In this document: one piece after another, positions 9,664-19,245 of the stretch | How positions within the stretch are numbered: the stretch's first letter is position 1 | Layout of the letters: each line of letters starts with the position of its first letter | Assembly: GCA_047619465.1 (NCBI GenBank) | Contig: JBLHJW010000003.1 | Coordinates: 1-36,496 of the forward strand | Length of the DNA stretch: 36,496 nt | From: Minisyncoccia bacterium | Lineage (GTDB): Bacteria; Patescibacteriota; Minisyncoccia; Phycocordibacterales; CSBR16-119 | Direction of reading: 5' to 3' | Position numbers and translations under genes: made by a program | Notes under the pieces: model-generated | Seen by the model: only the letters and a program-made list of their open reading frames with translations | Told to the model about the DNA's origin: nothing | The model's database searches: none

Positions 9664-10797
9664 TTATTTTTCGTGCTTAAGGGCAATTGATAATACTTCT
9701 TTTGCTATAACTTCTGAGGCATCTTCTCTTATAAATTCTGAACCTTTCAATCCCATGTTCTTAAGTTCGTTTTTATCACTCAATAGTCTTTTTATCTCAG
9801 CGAGAAATACATGGGGCTCAAGATTTTTCTCTTCTAATACAACTGCAGCTCCAGTGGCTGCGTAGTTGTAGGCGTTGGTTCTCTGATGGTCTCCATTGGA
9901 TTTTTCAATTGGGATTACAATTGCAGCTTTTCCCCAAAGAGCCATATCAAATATACTCCCGGCTCCGCCTCTTGTGATAAAAAGATCAGTGGAAGCTCCT
10001 AGCATTTTTAGCATTAAAGGGGTGAAGAAACCAAAGATCTTGTATCTATCTTTAAATTCACTTTTAGTTAACAGGAACTCAGCTCGTGATTTAATTTCTG
10101 ACTCATTTTTAGCACCTACCTGGTGAATAACTTGAGCTTCTGGAAGTAAATCATTAATGATCTCCAAGACTGCATCGTTTATAATACTTGAACCAAGTGA
10201 GCCTCCGTAAATAACAACCAAAGGTACGTTTTTTTCTAATCCAAAATATTCGTGTGTTTTATCTCCTGACGTTTCCCACATTCCCTTTCTAATAGGTTGA
10301 CCAGTCCAAGCCGTAATATCTTTTTTGTTAAATAAATTCAATCCCTCCTTAAAAGACACTCCTATTCTTTTGGCAAATTTTGATGTTATCTTGTTTACTC
10401 TTCCAGCAGACATGTCTGACTCATGCATTATGACAGGTATTCTGAGTAGCCAAGCTGCAACAACAACAGGAAAGGCTGGATAGCCACCTTTACTCATCAC
10501 CACATCAGGATAAATTCTAATCATAACTACTAAAGCTCTAAATATTGCAAAAAATGTCTTAACAGAATCAAATACATTTTTTATAGAAAAATAAACTCGC
10601 AGCTTCCCCGTTGGAACTGATACAAATTCAAGCTCGTTTACAAACAACGCCTTTTCATCGTATGGCTTATCTGCAACGTAATAGAGTTTTACATCTAGAA
10701 TATTTTGATCTTCAATTTGATCTTTTACAGCTTCAGCTATAGCTATAAGTGGATAAAAGTGACCTCCAGATCCTCCTCCTGTGAATACTATTTTCAT
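9664..10797 (-). CDS. murG: MurG glycosyltransferase
   Basis: GGGSGGHFYP, KGGY, HES, GGSLGS, TRGGAGS, HQRTNA. Confidence 0.96.
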   Translation of the reverse strand: MKIVFTGGGSGGHFYPLIAIAEAVKDQIEDQNILDVKLYYVADKPYDEKALFVNELEFVSVPTGKLRVYFSIKNVFDSVKTFFAIFRALVVMIRIYPDVVMSKGGYPAFPVVVAAWLLRIPVIMHESDMSAGRVNKITSKFAKRIGVSFKEGLNLFNKKDITAWTGQPIRKGMWETSGDKTHEYFGLEKNVPLVVIYGGSLGSSIINDAVLEIINDLLPEAQVIHQVGAKNESEIKSRAEFLLTKSEFKDRYKIFGFFTPLMLKMLGASTDLFITRGGAGSIFDMALWGKAAIVIPIEKSNGDHQRTNAYNYAATGAAVVLEEKNLEPHVFLAEIKRLLSDKNELKNMGLKGSEFIREDASEVIAKEVLSIALKHEK

Positions 10798-11906
10798 GAT
10801 TTTGAGTTTGTTATATATCGTGAGACATTAAGAATAATTCCAACTGCAAAAAGCGATATTATGAGCGCAGAGCCACCGTGGCTCATGAATACGAGAGGAA
10901 CTCCCGTAAGCGGAAATAGTCCGGTAATTGAATAAATATTCAGGAAAGATTGCGCTAATAACAGTATAGCAAGCCCAGACACCACAAGTCTACCGAAGCT
11001 GTCTGTTGCGTGCCTTGCTATCCACAGAGCTCTTTGCCCAAAGGCGACATAGAGCAATATAACAAAAACAGAACCAACAAAACCAAACTCTTCTCCTATC
11101 ACAGCAAAAATAGAGTCTCCCTGTGGCTCCGGAAGATAGCTGAATTTCTGAATACTCTGACCTAGCCCTCTCCCAAACACTCCACCAGACCCAATAGCAA
11201 TAAGTGACTGCTGTAGCTGAAAAGATGACCCCTGCGGATCACTAGATGGATCCACAAATGTCTGAACTCTCTTAAGCAGGTAGGGCTTGGCTGCAATCAG
11301 CGAAGCAAAACCCACAAGAGCTATTAGTATACTCCCAAAAATATATTTTTTAGGGAGACCGGCGAGGTAAGCGAGTGTTCCTCCTGTGCCTACCATTAAA
11401 AGCAGACTTTTTGTGTCTGGCTGACGAAGAAGGAGAAATGCTCCAAGTACAAAAAGTATTGCAAGCGGCAAAATTCCTGATTTCATTTTTTTATACTCTG
11501 CTTTTGTCCATCCCAGCCAAGCAGCAAAATATATTACAAACCCAACTTTTAGTAGTTCCACAGGTTGAAAAGAAAAAGGTCCTAGGTTTAGCCACCTTGT
11601 TGCTCCCCCGTGAGAGTTTCCTAGTTCTGGTATGAAAACAAGACCCACAGCAACAACACCTAGAGCAAATATATAAAAAGCATATTTCTTCCAAATAGTG
11701 TAATGAATTCTTGAAGAAAGCCACATAACACCCAAACCAAGAACAAGACCAAGCCCTTGATTTAATATTATTCCATAGAATTTTGTTGAGTTTTTTGCCA
11801 GAACACCAAAAGAAGCCGATATAAATGAGAACAGGCCAACTATTATTAGTAGAGATACTATAACTAGGAAAGGTCTATCAAATTGTTTTTTACTTTTAAC
11901 CATCAT
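10794..11906 (-). CDS. ftsW: SEDS peptidoglycan polymerase FtsW
   Basis: GATRWL, FQPVELLK, QPD, YLPEPQGDSIFAVIGEE, PLTGVPL; lies between mraY and murG. Confidence 0.92.
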   Translation of the reverse strand: MMVKSKKQFDRPFLVIVSLLIIVGLFSFISASFGVLAKNSTKFYGIILNQGLGLVLGLGVMWLSSRIHYTIWKKYAFYIFALGVVAVGLVFIPELGNSHGGATRWLNLGPFSFQPVELLKVGFVIYFAAWLGWTKAEYKKMKSGILPLAILFVLGAFLLLRQPDTKSLLLMVGTGGTLAYLAGLPKKYIFGSILIALVGFASLIAAKPYLLKRVQTFVDPSSDPQGSSFQLQQSLIAIGSGGVFGRGLGQSIQKFSYLPEPQGDSIFAVIGEEFGFVGSVFVILLYVAFGQRALWIARHATDSFGRLVVSGLAILLLAQSFLNIYSITGLFPLTGVPLVFMSHGGSALIISLFAVGIILNVSRYITNSKS

Positions 11907-11909
11907 GTC

Positions 11910-12977
11910 TTAAAGTAGTTCAATTATAACCCCAAGCATGGCAAACACCCCGGTAAGAACCCAGTATCTCATGGTTATCCTCTCTCGAGACCAACCTATT
12001 GCTTCAAAGTGGTGATGCAAAGGCGCTACTTTAAAAACCTTTTTATTGAATAACCTTTTTGAAGTTATTTGAATTACTGAGGACAGTGAAGTTAGAACAA
12101 GTGGGAAAGCAATAATCGGAAGTATCAAAACGGAGTCTGTCAGAAAAGAAATTATTGCGAGTGTAATCGTGAGTCCAAGCATTCCAGTATCTCCCATGTA
12201 AAATCGAGCTGGTGGGATATTGAACCAAAGAAAGGCTAGAAGACCTCCAGAAATGGCCGAACACAAGGCCGCAATATCGTGAAGCCCTTTTGAAAATGCA
12301 ATCAGGGCAAAGGCAGAGTAGATAATCATCATAACTCCCCCCGCTAAACCGTCTATTCCGTCTATCACACTCGATGAAAAAGTTGCCAGAACTACAATTA
12401 TGAAAAAAGGAACGAACAGCCATCCCAGCTCAAGCGTTCCAGACGAAAATGGAATAGATATTGCTGTAATACCCAGTTTTGAGAAGAACCACCAAGCTCC
12501 AACCAAGCCAACTAGCGACACTGCAAATATCCTTACTTTTCTATCTAGGCCCTCTAAAAATAATTTTCCCTTCCCTAGTATTTGTAGTAGGTCGTCGGCA
12601 AGTCCAAGCAATGAGCCAACAACAAGAGTAAACAGCGGCAGCCATGTCTGACCCCTAGATATAAAGTCAAAAATTTCCCGCTCAGGAAGTGGCATGAATC
12701 TAGAAACAATCCAGAAAACAAATATTGTAAGTAAAACAGATCCCCAAATAAGAACGCCTCCAATTCTAGGTGTATTTAACTCATCTGCTTCGTTGTGTAT
12801 TGCTTTAAAGTCTGGATTTATTTCATCTTCTGGTTGATTAGATGAGTCAATAGACCTAGAGCTTCTCTTCCACATCTTGTGCTTATACAAAAAAGAAGCA
12901 ACAAATGGCGTTAAGCCCATTCCGATCAGGAAAGTCAGAAATCCTGGAATAATAACCTTCAAAAGCTCTGAAAACAT
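11910..12977 (-). CDS. mraY: Phospho-N-acetylmuramoyl-pentapeptide transferase
   Basis: TPRIGG, GLADD, DGIDGL, FYMGDTG, APLHHHFE; TATAAT 6 nt before the ATG. Confidence 0.95.
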   Translation of the reverse strand: MFSELLKVIIPGFLTFLIGMGLTPFVASFLYKHKMWKRSSRSIDSSNQPEDEINPDFKAIHNEADELNTPRIGGVLIWGSVLLTIFVFWIVSRFMPLPEREIFDFISRGQTWLPLFTLVVGSLLGLADDLLQILGKGKLFLEGLDRKVRIFAVSLVGLVGAWWFFSKLGITAISIPFSSGTLELGWLFVPFFIIVVLATFSSSVIDGIDGLAGGVMMIIYSAFALIAFSKGLHDIAALCSAISGGLLAFLWFNIPPARFYMGDTGMLGLTITLAIISFLTDSVLILPIIAFPLVLTSLSSVIQITSKRLFNKKVFKVAPLHHHFEAIGWSRERITMRYWVLTGVFAMLGVIIELL

Positions 12978-13064
12978 TACCGTATTATACCCTATATAGT
13001 TATTTTAGTAATCCACATAGCGAAATGTGCATAAAAACCATTGTAGTAGATCTTATAAAAACTA

Positions 13065-13943
13065 TTAATTTGCCAAGTAGATAGAGTAATCTTTGATTAT
13101 CTTCTTTATATCATCAAAGCGGCCACTTCTACTGTCTACTCCAAGCACAACAGCAATAACAGGTCGATTCAACCCGATATTAAACCTCACAGCTAAAGAC
13201 CCTCCAGACTGATTAGTGTAGCCGGTCTTTGAAGCCTGTAGTCCAAGTAATGAGTTTGCGACAAGGTTTGTATTCTCTGCTACATGGTCTGTATTTTCCG
13301 ATGAAATGGAAAAAGTATTCCGGACTGTTCCACTAAGTATTTGAGGATATTTATTATATATATAAGAAAGTAGACTAGCCACATCCTCAGCGCTTCCCTT
13401 TCCTCCAAACTCATCTGTCTCGTTTAGCCCTGTTGGATTTTTAAATACAAGACCCAAGCTCAACTCACGAGCTTTATCGTTCATTCTCTCTATAAACCTC
13501 TCTCTTCCTCTATGGTAAGTGCTTGCTATAGCTTCTGCTGCATCATTTGAAGAGTTCACAAGCATAAATGACACCAGATCCTCTGCCCGCCATTTCTCGT
13601 TTATAAGAAGCCCCGTGTCTCCAATGCTTTTGAAAGAATTCCAGTCAATATACACATACTGATCAGACATCTCTTCCATCGCTATAAGTCCTGTCATAAG
13701 TTTTGTAATTGAAGCTATTTCAAATTGTTCTTCAGAATTTTTACTATATAAAATGTCTCCAGTTTTATCGTCAATAACGATAGCAGCCTCAGCAGAAAGT
13801 TCTTGTTCTGAAAATATGCCAAAATCTGCCTCAGAAGAAACTTCCTTGTTACTATGTCCAGCAAGAAAAGATAGAGTCAGCACAGACACTCCTATAAAAT
13901 ATACGTTTTTATACTTATTAAAATGACTCCAGACTTTATTCAT
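13065..13943 (-). CDS. D-alanyl-D-alanine carboxypeptidase (peptidase S11)
   Basis: ASITK (SxxK), SSN (SxN), KTG and NPTGL motifs. Confidence 0.92.
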   Translation of the reverse strand: MNKVWSHFNKYKNVYFIGVSVLTLSFLAGHSNKEVSSEADFGIFSEQELSAEAAIVIDDKTGDILYSKNSEEQFEIASITKLMTGLIAMEEMSDQYVYIDWNSFKSIGDTGLLINEKWRAEDLVSFMLVNSSNDAAEAIASTYHRGRERFIERMNDKARELSLGLVFKNPTGLNETDEFGGKGSAEDVASLLSYIYNKYPQILSGTVRNTFSISSENTDHVAENTNLVANSLLGLQASKTGYTNQSGGSLAVRFNIGLNRPVIAVVLGVDSRSGRFDDIKKIIKDYSIYLAN

Positions 13944-14029
13944 GGCTCTATATTATATTGATATTACACGTCTGTCCATGTATAGAAAAACCCAACAACT
14001 TAGACGGGTTTTATAATATTTAATATCTA

Positions 14030-14632
14030 TTATTGTTCTTTCGCTGATACATCCGCAGACTCTTCAATCTTCTGAACCAGTCCATCCTCTCTGTCTTCGC
14101 CGTTTACCTTATCTTCTAGCTTATTTTGAACTTCCTCAAATCTTGGAAGATCTAGCCTGTTAGTAACGCCCAGAAAAGAAAGTAATTCCAAGCTTGGCTT
14201 GTATACATATTTTCGGCTATCGTCTCTGTGGGACTCTCGCTCTACTAGCCCTCGAACGGAAAGGTTTCGTAGGATAAAACTAGAGTTCACTCCTCGTATG
14301 TAGTCGATGTCTGCGCGTGTTACGTCTTTCTTATATAAAACAATAGAAAGGGTTTCTAGGCTAGGTTTTGACAGGTCTTTTGAAAGTTCTTCTTTTCTAA
14401 TCTCTTTGAAGAATTCACTCATCTGTGGGTGTGTTCCAAGGGAGACCTTTTCATCGTCTAGCTGCATCAAAACCACACCTCTACCCTCTAGAGACATTTT
14501 TAGTTGGGATAGTGATTCGTTAATATCCTCTGTTTTTTTACCAAAAGTTTTTGCGAGTTTTTTTATACTCACAGGTTCTCCTTTGAAGAATAGATAACTT
14601 TCTATTTGTAAATGTAACGGTGTGTTTTCCAT
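14030..14632 (-). CDS. scpB: SMC-Scp complex subunit ScpB
   Basis: IESYLF..GEP, LSKPSLETLSIV, TRADIDYIRGVNS; start at 14632 or 14644. Confidence 0.93.
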   Translation of the reverse strand: MENTPLHLQIESYLFFKGEPVSIKKLAKTFGKKTEDINESLSQLKMSLEGRGVVLMQLDDEKVSLGTHPQMSEFFKEIRKEELSKDLSKPSLETLSIVLYKKDVTRADIDYIRGVNSSFILRNLSVRGLVERESHRDDSRKYVYKPSLELLSFLGVTNRLDLPRFEEVQNKLEDKVNGEDREDGLVQKIEESADVSAKEQ

Positions 14633-14633
14633 A

Positions 14634-15410
14634 CTATAATTCATCTATTGTAACCTCTTCATTCACTTCTTCCAATTCAGAATCCTTCTTGTTTATGGTG
14701 ATATCGTCAAAATGATTTTCCTGAACTAAAGATAGTATTCCTTCTCGAGCCATCTCAAGAACAGCTAGGAAGCTTACTATCACATGAATTCTCTCTTCTC
14801 TTGGCGTATCGTACTTCCCTTTTGTATCAGAAAAGTCCTTAAAACTCATAGACAAACTGCTAGATATTCTCTCGGTCAGACCTGTAATCATCTGATCTAT
14901 GGACATTACTTTTGAAATAGATATTTCTGGGAGCTTTTCCTTTGCTGCTGGAACAGCAGACAGCACGTCCCCTGCAACAGCGAGCATAGCGTCGATAGTA
15001 ATTTGTTCATCAGGAGAGAAGACTATGTTACTTCTTTTTGTCTCACCTTGCGGGTAGATAACTTTTCTTCCAAAAGACCTTGCAATATCAACGCTGATTG
15101 ATTGAAATAGTTGATACAACTCAAGCCTCCTTTTCAAGCTACTTACATCCTCTTCTTCATCATTAGATAATTCCAGCTTTGGCAGAAGGGACTTAGACTT
15201 GATTAGTATCAGAGTTGAGGCAACAGATATAAAGCTAGACAAGTCTGTTATAGATCCAGACCCTTGTTCTCTCATGTATGAAATATAGTCCGCTGTAACT
15301 TCAGCCAACGATAGATCGTTTATAAAAAGCTTTCTTTTGTCTATCAAGTGTAAAAGTAGGTCAAAAGGACCTTCAAATGCTTCTGTTACTATCTGATATT
15401 TGTTGTCCAT
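14634..15410 (-). CDS. scpA: Segregation/condensation protein A (kleisin)
   Basis: FEGPFDLLLHLI, LILIKSKSLLP, FLAVLEM; TGT-TACAAT 7 nt before the ATG. Confidence 0.94.
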   Translation of the reverse strand: MDNKYQIVTEAFEGPFDLLLHLIDKRKLFINDLSLAEVTADYISYMREQGSGSITDLSSFISVASTLILIKSKSLLPKLELSNDEEEDVSSLKRRLELYQLFQSISVDIARSFGRKVIYPQGETKRSNIVFSPDEQITIDAMLAVAGDVLSAVPAAKEKLPEISISKVMSIDQMITGLTERISSSLSMSFKDFSDTKGKYDTPREERIHVIVSFLAVLEMAREGILSLVQENHFDDITINKKDSELEEVNEEVTIDEL

Positions 15411-15476
15411 GGCTAATATTGTAACAGATGATTGACTTCTTTGTTTTTAAACCTAAATTTAATAAAAATCAAAACA

Positions 15477-15677
15477 ATGACCAATCTAACTGAAAGTAGG
15501 TATTTCTACGACACAATATTTGGTGAATTCAGAGATATTGAAAAGGACCCTCCTGATTCTAGATTTGCAGGCCATGTATATCACCAACCACCAATAAAAT
15601 TCTTCGATCCAAGGTTTGAATCTACATCAAAGCAAGAGTTTACTGACCCAAGGTTTTCCAAAAACCACCAGTTATAG
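15477..15677 (+). CDS. Small hypothetical protein, 66 aa, with DPRF repeats (class-B unit)
   Basis: TTGACT(15432)-16-TAAATT, A-rich leader, ATG at 15477, terminator at 15660-15691. Confidence 0.65.
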   Translation: MTNLTESRYFYDTIFGEFRDIEKDPPDSRFAGHVYHQPPIKFFDPRFESTSKQEFTDPRFSKNHQL

Positions 15678-15692
15678 CTGGTGGTTTTTTTA

Positions 15693-16370
15693 TTAAACTC
15701 TTCTTATTATCGCAACAGGTGTCTGTTCATCATTTTGTCCAAATGGATTACCTTTGAAAACTTCTGTGCAGAATTTATTTGTAAGACCTTCGTCTGAGCG
15801 GCCGAGTACATTCATACCGAGATCATTACTATCCACGATAGCCACTCGTACATTTAGAGCTTGCGATAGCTCTCTGGCGGCCTTGTCTGGATTCTTCGGG
15901 CCAAGTTTAGCGTGAGTATTGTATGGAGCAATAGTGTTTGATGTAGGACCGTCTATAGCGTTTACATTATTCCCTGCCAGTTTATAAAAAAGACCTTTTA
16001 CCCCAAATGGTCGAGTGATAGCTGCTATTCCTGCAGCAAAGAGTATACGCATAACATTTACCTCGCGAAGAGCCAGCTCCATAGTCCAGGGGCTTCCTAG
16101 TCCTATTCCGGACGGGGTCTTGTTCACATGGTTGGATAGAAATACCGCCATTCGACTAGGGTGAATGGTATTTATAGGAAAGGATCTCCCTTGTGATATT
16201 GCAACTATTCGCTCACTCACAAAGACAATGTCGTCTCCAGACACTTGGCCTCCAACAGCTACTTGTAGAACCTGAACTATATTGTCGTTCTTTGTTACAA
16301 GATGGGTTTTGATCATCTTCCTCTCGTACTCACCATCTGCAAGGGTTACTTTTGATATATATTGATCCAT
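15693..16370 (-). CDS. CofE-like (F420-0:gamma-glutamyl ligase family) protein
   Basis: IKTHLV, VSERIVAISQGR, AIDGP, VAIVDSND and NPFGQNDEQTP motifs. Confidence 0.8.
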   Translation of the reverse strand: MDQYISKVTLADGEYERKMIKTHLVTKNDNIVQVLQVAVGGQVSGDDIVFVSERIVAISQGRSFPINTIHPSRMAVFLSNHVNKTPSGIGLGSPWTMELALREVNVMRILFAAGIAAITRPFGVKGLFYKLAGNNVNAIDGPTSNTIAPYNTHAKLGPKNPDKAARELSQALNVRVAIVDSNDLGMNVLGRSDEGLTNKFCTEVFKGNPFGQNDEQTPVAIIRRV

Positions 16371-16461
16371 AATTCGCTTATTATATCATAAAGCAGTTTA
16401 GTACTGTTAATTGACTTTATTCTCTTTTTGTATAATCTATATAAAAAGTAAAAATTAACAC

Positions 16462-16611
16462 ATGCAGAGAAGAAACTTATTAAGAGCAAGACGATCCTTC
16501 AGATCAAAGGGTGGATTCAGACACGGATACTCCAGATATATTTTTACTGGGAGGCTAAGATCTGAGTATAAAAAACGAATTCTTAAAGAACATTGGGGCT
16601 GTTTAATATAG
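16462..16611 (+). CDS. Arg-rich 49-aa peptide not in the ORF track (class-B unit)
   Basis: MQRRNLLRARRSFRSKGGFRHGYSRYIFTGRLRSEYKKRILKEHWGCLI; TTGACT(16411)-16-TAATCT, A-rich leader, terminator right after the stop. Confidence 0.65.
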   Translation: MQRRNLLRARRSFRSKGGFRHGYSRYIFTGRLRSEYKKRILKEHWGCLI

Positions 16612-16616
16612 ATCCC

Positions 16617-16645
16617 AAAAGACCGCCCTTCGGGCGGTCTTTTTT
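16617..16645. terminator. Bidirectional terminator (peptide gene / aspS)
   Basis: AAAAGACCGCCC-TTC-GGGCGGTCTTTTTT. Confidence 0.88.
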
Positions 16646-16687
16646 GCATCTCATCAAACTGCCCATCAAGCCGAGCCGTTTGAATTT

Positions 16688-18109
16688 CTATTCTTCTTCT
16701 TTTATATTTTCCAACTTCAAATGCAATTCATCCAACTGCTTCTCTGCGATCTTCGCGGGAGCGTCCATGAGTGGGTCTCTTCCACCACGTGTCTTTGGAA
16801 AGGCTATTACCTCTCGGATATTTGGCTCTCCCTGGAGAATCATCATCAGTCGATCAAATCCCCATGCTATTCCACCATGTGGAGGACATCCTGATCCAAG
16901 TGCCTTTAGCATGTGAGAGAAGTTCTCATCTATCTTCTCATCTGAGTGTCCTAGAATTTGCAGGATTGATCTTAGAACTTCTGGATCATGAGCTCGAATA
17001 GATCCTCCTCCTATCTCATATCCGTTTAGTACGATGTCGTACTGGCTGGCCATGATCTCTCCAATGTTTTCTTTGTTTTTTAGATTCTCTAAGTGTTCTG
17101 GTTTTGAAAGTGAGAACGGGTTGTGAGTAAATGTCCACTCACCCTGTGCTTGTGGATCATCTGACTTTGCAGTCTTCTCAAAGAATGGAAAGTCTACAAC
17201 CCAACCAAAAGCCAAAGTATTTTTGTCTTCCTTGTCTTCTCGGAAGTCTGGAGCGTCTGATCCATAATTCTCCATCGCGTCCTTGTAAGTAATTCGTGGG
17301 AAAGGAACTTCTTGGATTTTCTTCTCTGGATATAGAGTCTCTACAATCTTAATTAGAAGCTTCTCATTGATCTCCATTATTTCTTCTTCTGTTGCAAAGG
17401 ACATCTCTAAGTCCATCTGTGTAAACTCTGGCTGTCGGTCTCCTCGCAAGTCTTCATCTCGCATACAGTGAGCCATTTGGAAGTACTTCTCCATTCCTCC
17501 TGCCATCAGAAGCTGCTTGTACTGCTGTGGTGACTGTGGAAGTGCGTAGAAGTGCCCTGGAACAAGTCTAGATGGTACTACATAGTCACGAGCTCCCTCT
17601 GGAGTAGACCTAGTAAATAGTGGAGTTTCTACTTCTGTGAAGTCTTGTGCCCCAAGCTCTGCTCGGATCATGTTCGCAACTTTTCCTCGCATTCGCATGT
17701 TGCTCTGCATTCGTTCTGTACGAAGGTCTACGTATCGGTTCTTTAGTCTCACTTCCTCGTTTATATCTGCTGAGCTCTCTGTAACTTCAAATGCTGGAGT
17801 CTCTGCCATGTTCAGTACTTCGATCTTTGTTATCTCTAACTCGATATCGCCATTTAGCACGTCAGCCTTCACCATCTTGGGTGGTCGCTCGTTCACAATA
17901 CCCGTAACAGCTACTACCCATTCTGGTCGAAGAGTCTTGGCTACTTCTAGTACATCAGGCTTTCCGAACACTACTCCCTGCACTTTTCCAGTCATATCTC
18001 GAAAATCAAAGAAAGCCATCTTTCCCTGGTTTCGTGCAACGTCAACCCATCCGTTGATAGTTACCTCACTTCCCTTTGCTTCTGATAAGTTTTTTATGTA
18101 TGTTCGCAT
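16688..18109 (-). CDS. aspS: Aspartate--tRNA ligase, short form lacking most of the GAD insertion
   Basis: OB fold, TPEGARDY, ALPQSPQQYKQLLM, RDEDLRGDRQPEFTQ, GGGSIR, PPHGG; 473 aa. Confidence 0.95.
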   Translation of the reverse strand: MRTYIKNLSEAKGSEVTINGWVDVARNQGKMAFFDFRDMTGKVQGVVFGKPDVLEVAKTLRPEWVVAVTGIVNERPPKMVKADVLNGDIELEITKIEVLNMAETPAFEVTESSADINEEVRLKNRYVDLRTERMQSNMRMRGKVANMIRAELGAQDFTEVETPLFTRSTPEGARDYVVPSRLVPGHFYALPQSPQQYKQLLMAGGMEKYFQMAHCMRDEDLRGDRQPEFTQMDLEMSFATEEEIMEINEKLLIKIVETLYPEKKIQEVPFPRITYKDAMENYGSDAPDFREDKEDKNTLAFGWVVDFPFFEKTAKSDDPQAQGEWTFTHNPFSLSKPEHLENLKNKENIGEIMASQYDIVLNGYEIGGGSIRAHDPEVLRSILQILGHSDEKIDENFSHMLKALGSGCPPHGGIAWGFDRLMMILQGEPNIREVIAFPKTRGGRDPLMDAPAKIAEKQLDELHLKLENIKEEE

Positions 18110-18110
18110 G

Positions 18111-18692
18111 TTAATTTATATATGGATCAATTTTGTTAATAAAAATACCCAACTTCAAAACTTCACTCCTTATGTTCTCTATTTTTACTGAATCAAATTC
18201 AGCAAGCTCCTTTGAATTCTTTAGGAATTTTTTATAGACCATTTGCTTGTCATCATCAACAGCCATTGAAATTAACGGATTAATGAAATCATAGACAGAA
18301 GCTTCAAGGCTACTAAATTTTATATTAACTTCGCTGTTATTCAACAGTAAGAGCAAAGACTTAATGTCTAAAACCTTCAGTGGTATTTTTTCATTGATCA
18401 ATAATCCGAAATTGTACAATTCCTTATCTAGCTCCTCTGTTAGTTCTTCAATTGAAATGTTTGACCCTCTCTGAACTTCTTCAACAGTATTCACTCTTCT
18501 GTTCCAATAGTATAGAGTAGTCTCTATTAAGTAGATTAAATTAGAGGAACTCTTAATTATGTCTCTTTTAATATGAAGTGTTGAATCCATCAATCCATCA
18601 AGCTTCTTCTGTCTCTTATAGAAAAGATAAAAAACTAGAATAGAAACTCCCGCTCCAGCAAAGAGAGTTCCAATAAAAGTATTATCTAGCAT
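18111..18692 (-). CDS. Low-GC hypothetical protein with an N-terminal TM helix, between the T-box and aspS
   Basis: Start moved to MLDNT at 18692 because the longer ORF runs through the T-box terminator. Confidence 0.75.
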   Translation of the reverse strand: MLDNTFIGTLFAGAGVSILVFYLFYKRQKKLDGLMDSTLHIKRDIIKSSSNLIYLIETTLYYWNRRVNTVEEVQRGSNISIEELTEELDKELYNFGLLINEKIPLKVLDIKSLLLLLNNSEVNIKFSSLEASVYDFINPLISMAVDDDKQMVYKKFLKNSKELAEFDSVKIENIRSEVLKLGIFINKIDPYIN

Positions 18693-18715
18693 GCATAATA
18701 TATAGCTCCATCCCA

Positions 18716-18851
18716 TAAAAAAATCCCTACAAACTAAACTAATAATCTGTAGGGACGAAGTAGATCCGCGGTACCACCCTGATTCCTGCCTCTCAGCAGA
18801 CACTTTTATGTATTTGTAGCACCTCCACCCGTATCATTGGGCTTCATTGGT
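18716..18851 (-). promoter_or_regulatory. T-box riboswitch (transcription-termination type, very short Stem I)
   Basis: AGGGTGGTACCGCG at 18780-18767, antiterminator partner TTCGTCCCT, terminator TCCCTACA..TGTAGGGA with a T run; TATAAT at 18863-18858. Confidence 0.88.
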
Positions 18852-18948
18852 CAACCCATTATACAACATCTCACTTCCCCACTCACCATTGACTTATCTA
18901 TATAATATTGTAATACTTGAAGTAATCAACAGAACCTAATAAAGTTAC

Positions 18949-19203
18949 ATGAAGTATCTATTTGACTCAAAGAAACGTGAAGTACAAGCAATTGTAAAAG
19001 GAACACAGGTCTCGCTCTTAGATATAAATAAGGCGTTTGATCAATTTTGTAAGGACTTTGGAAGTAGAAAAACGTGGGAGCGCAAGACGATAGTAAGATC
19101 AGGAATAGATGATCGATTCGGGAATGCTGTAATGATAATTGCCATGGAAATTCCACAGGGAACCAAGGTTCCTAAGAATTATTCTTGGAAAAAAATAGTC
19201 TAA
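18949..19203 (+). CDS. Hypothetical basic protein, 84 aa (class-B unit)
   Basis: TTGACT at 18889, A-rich leader, terminator at 19213-19240. Confidence 0.78.
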   Translation: MKYLFDSKKREVQAIVKGTQVSLLDINKAFDQFCKDFGSRKTWERKTIVRSGIDDRFGNAVMIIAMEIPQGTKVPKNYSWKKIV

Positions 19204-19245
19204 ATATTGAACAAGCCCCAACACATTTGTGCTGGGGCTTATTTA

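Noticed and set aside
13009-13034. Two DnaA-box-like 9-mers (TAATCCACA, TGTGCATAA), plus CTATCCACA at 27364-27372, as an origin
   Set aside because: Only isolated one-mismatch boxes, too few for oriC; a local regulatory role cannot be excluded.
16455-16649. Minus-strand 64-aa ORF
   Set aside because: It starts inside a terminator and is antisense to the better-supported 16462..16611 peptide.
18693-18803. N-terminal extension of ORF 18111..18803
   Set aside because: It is a translation of the T-box antiterminator and terminator.
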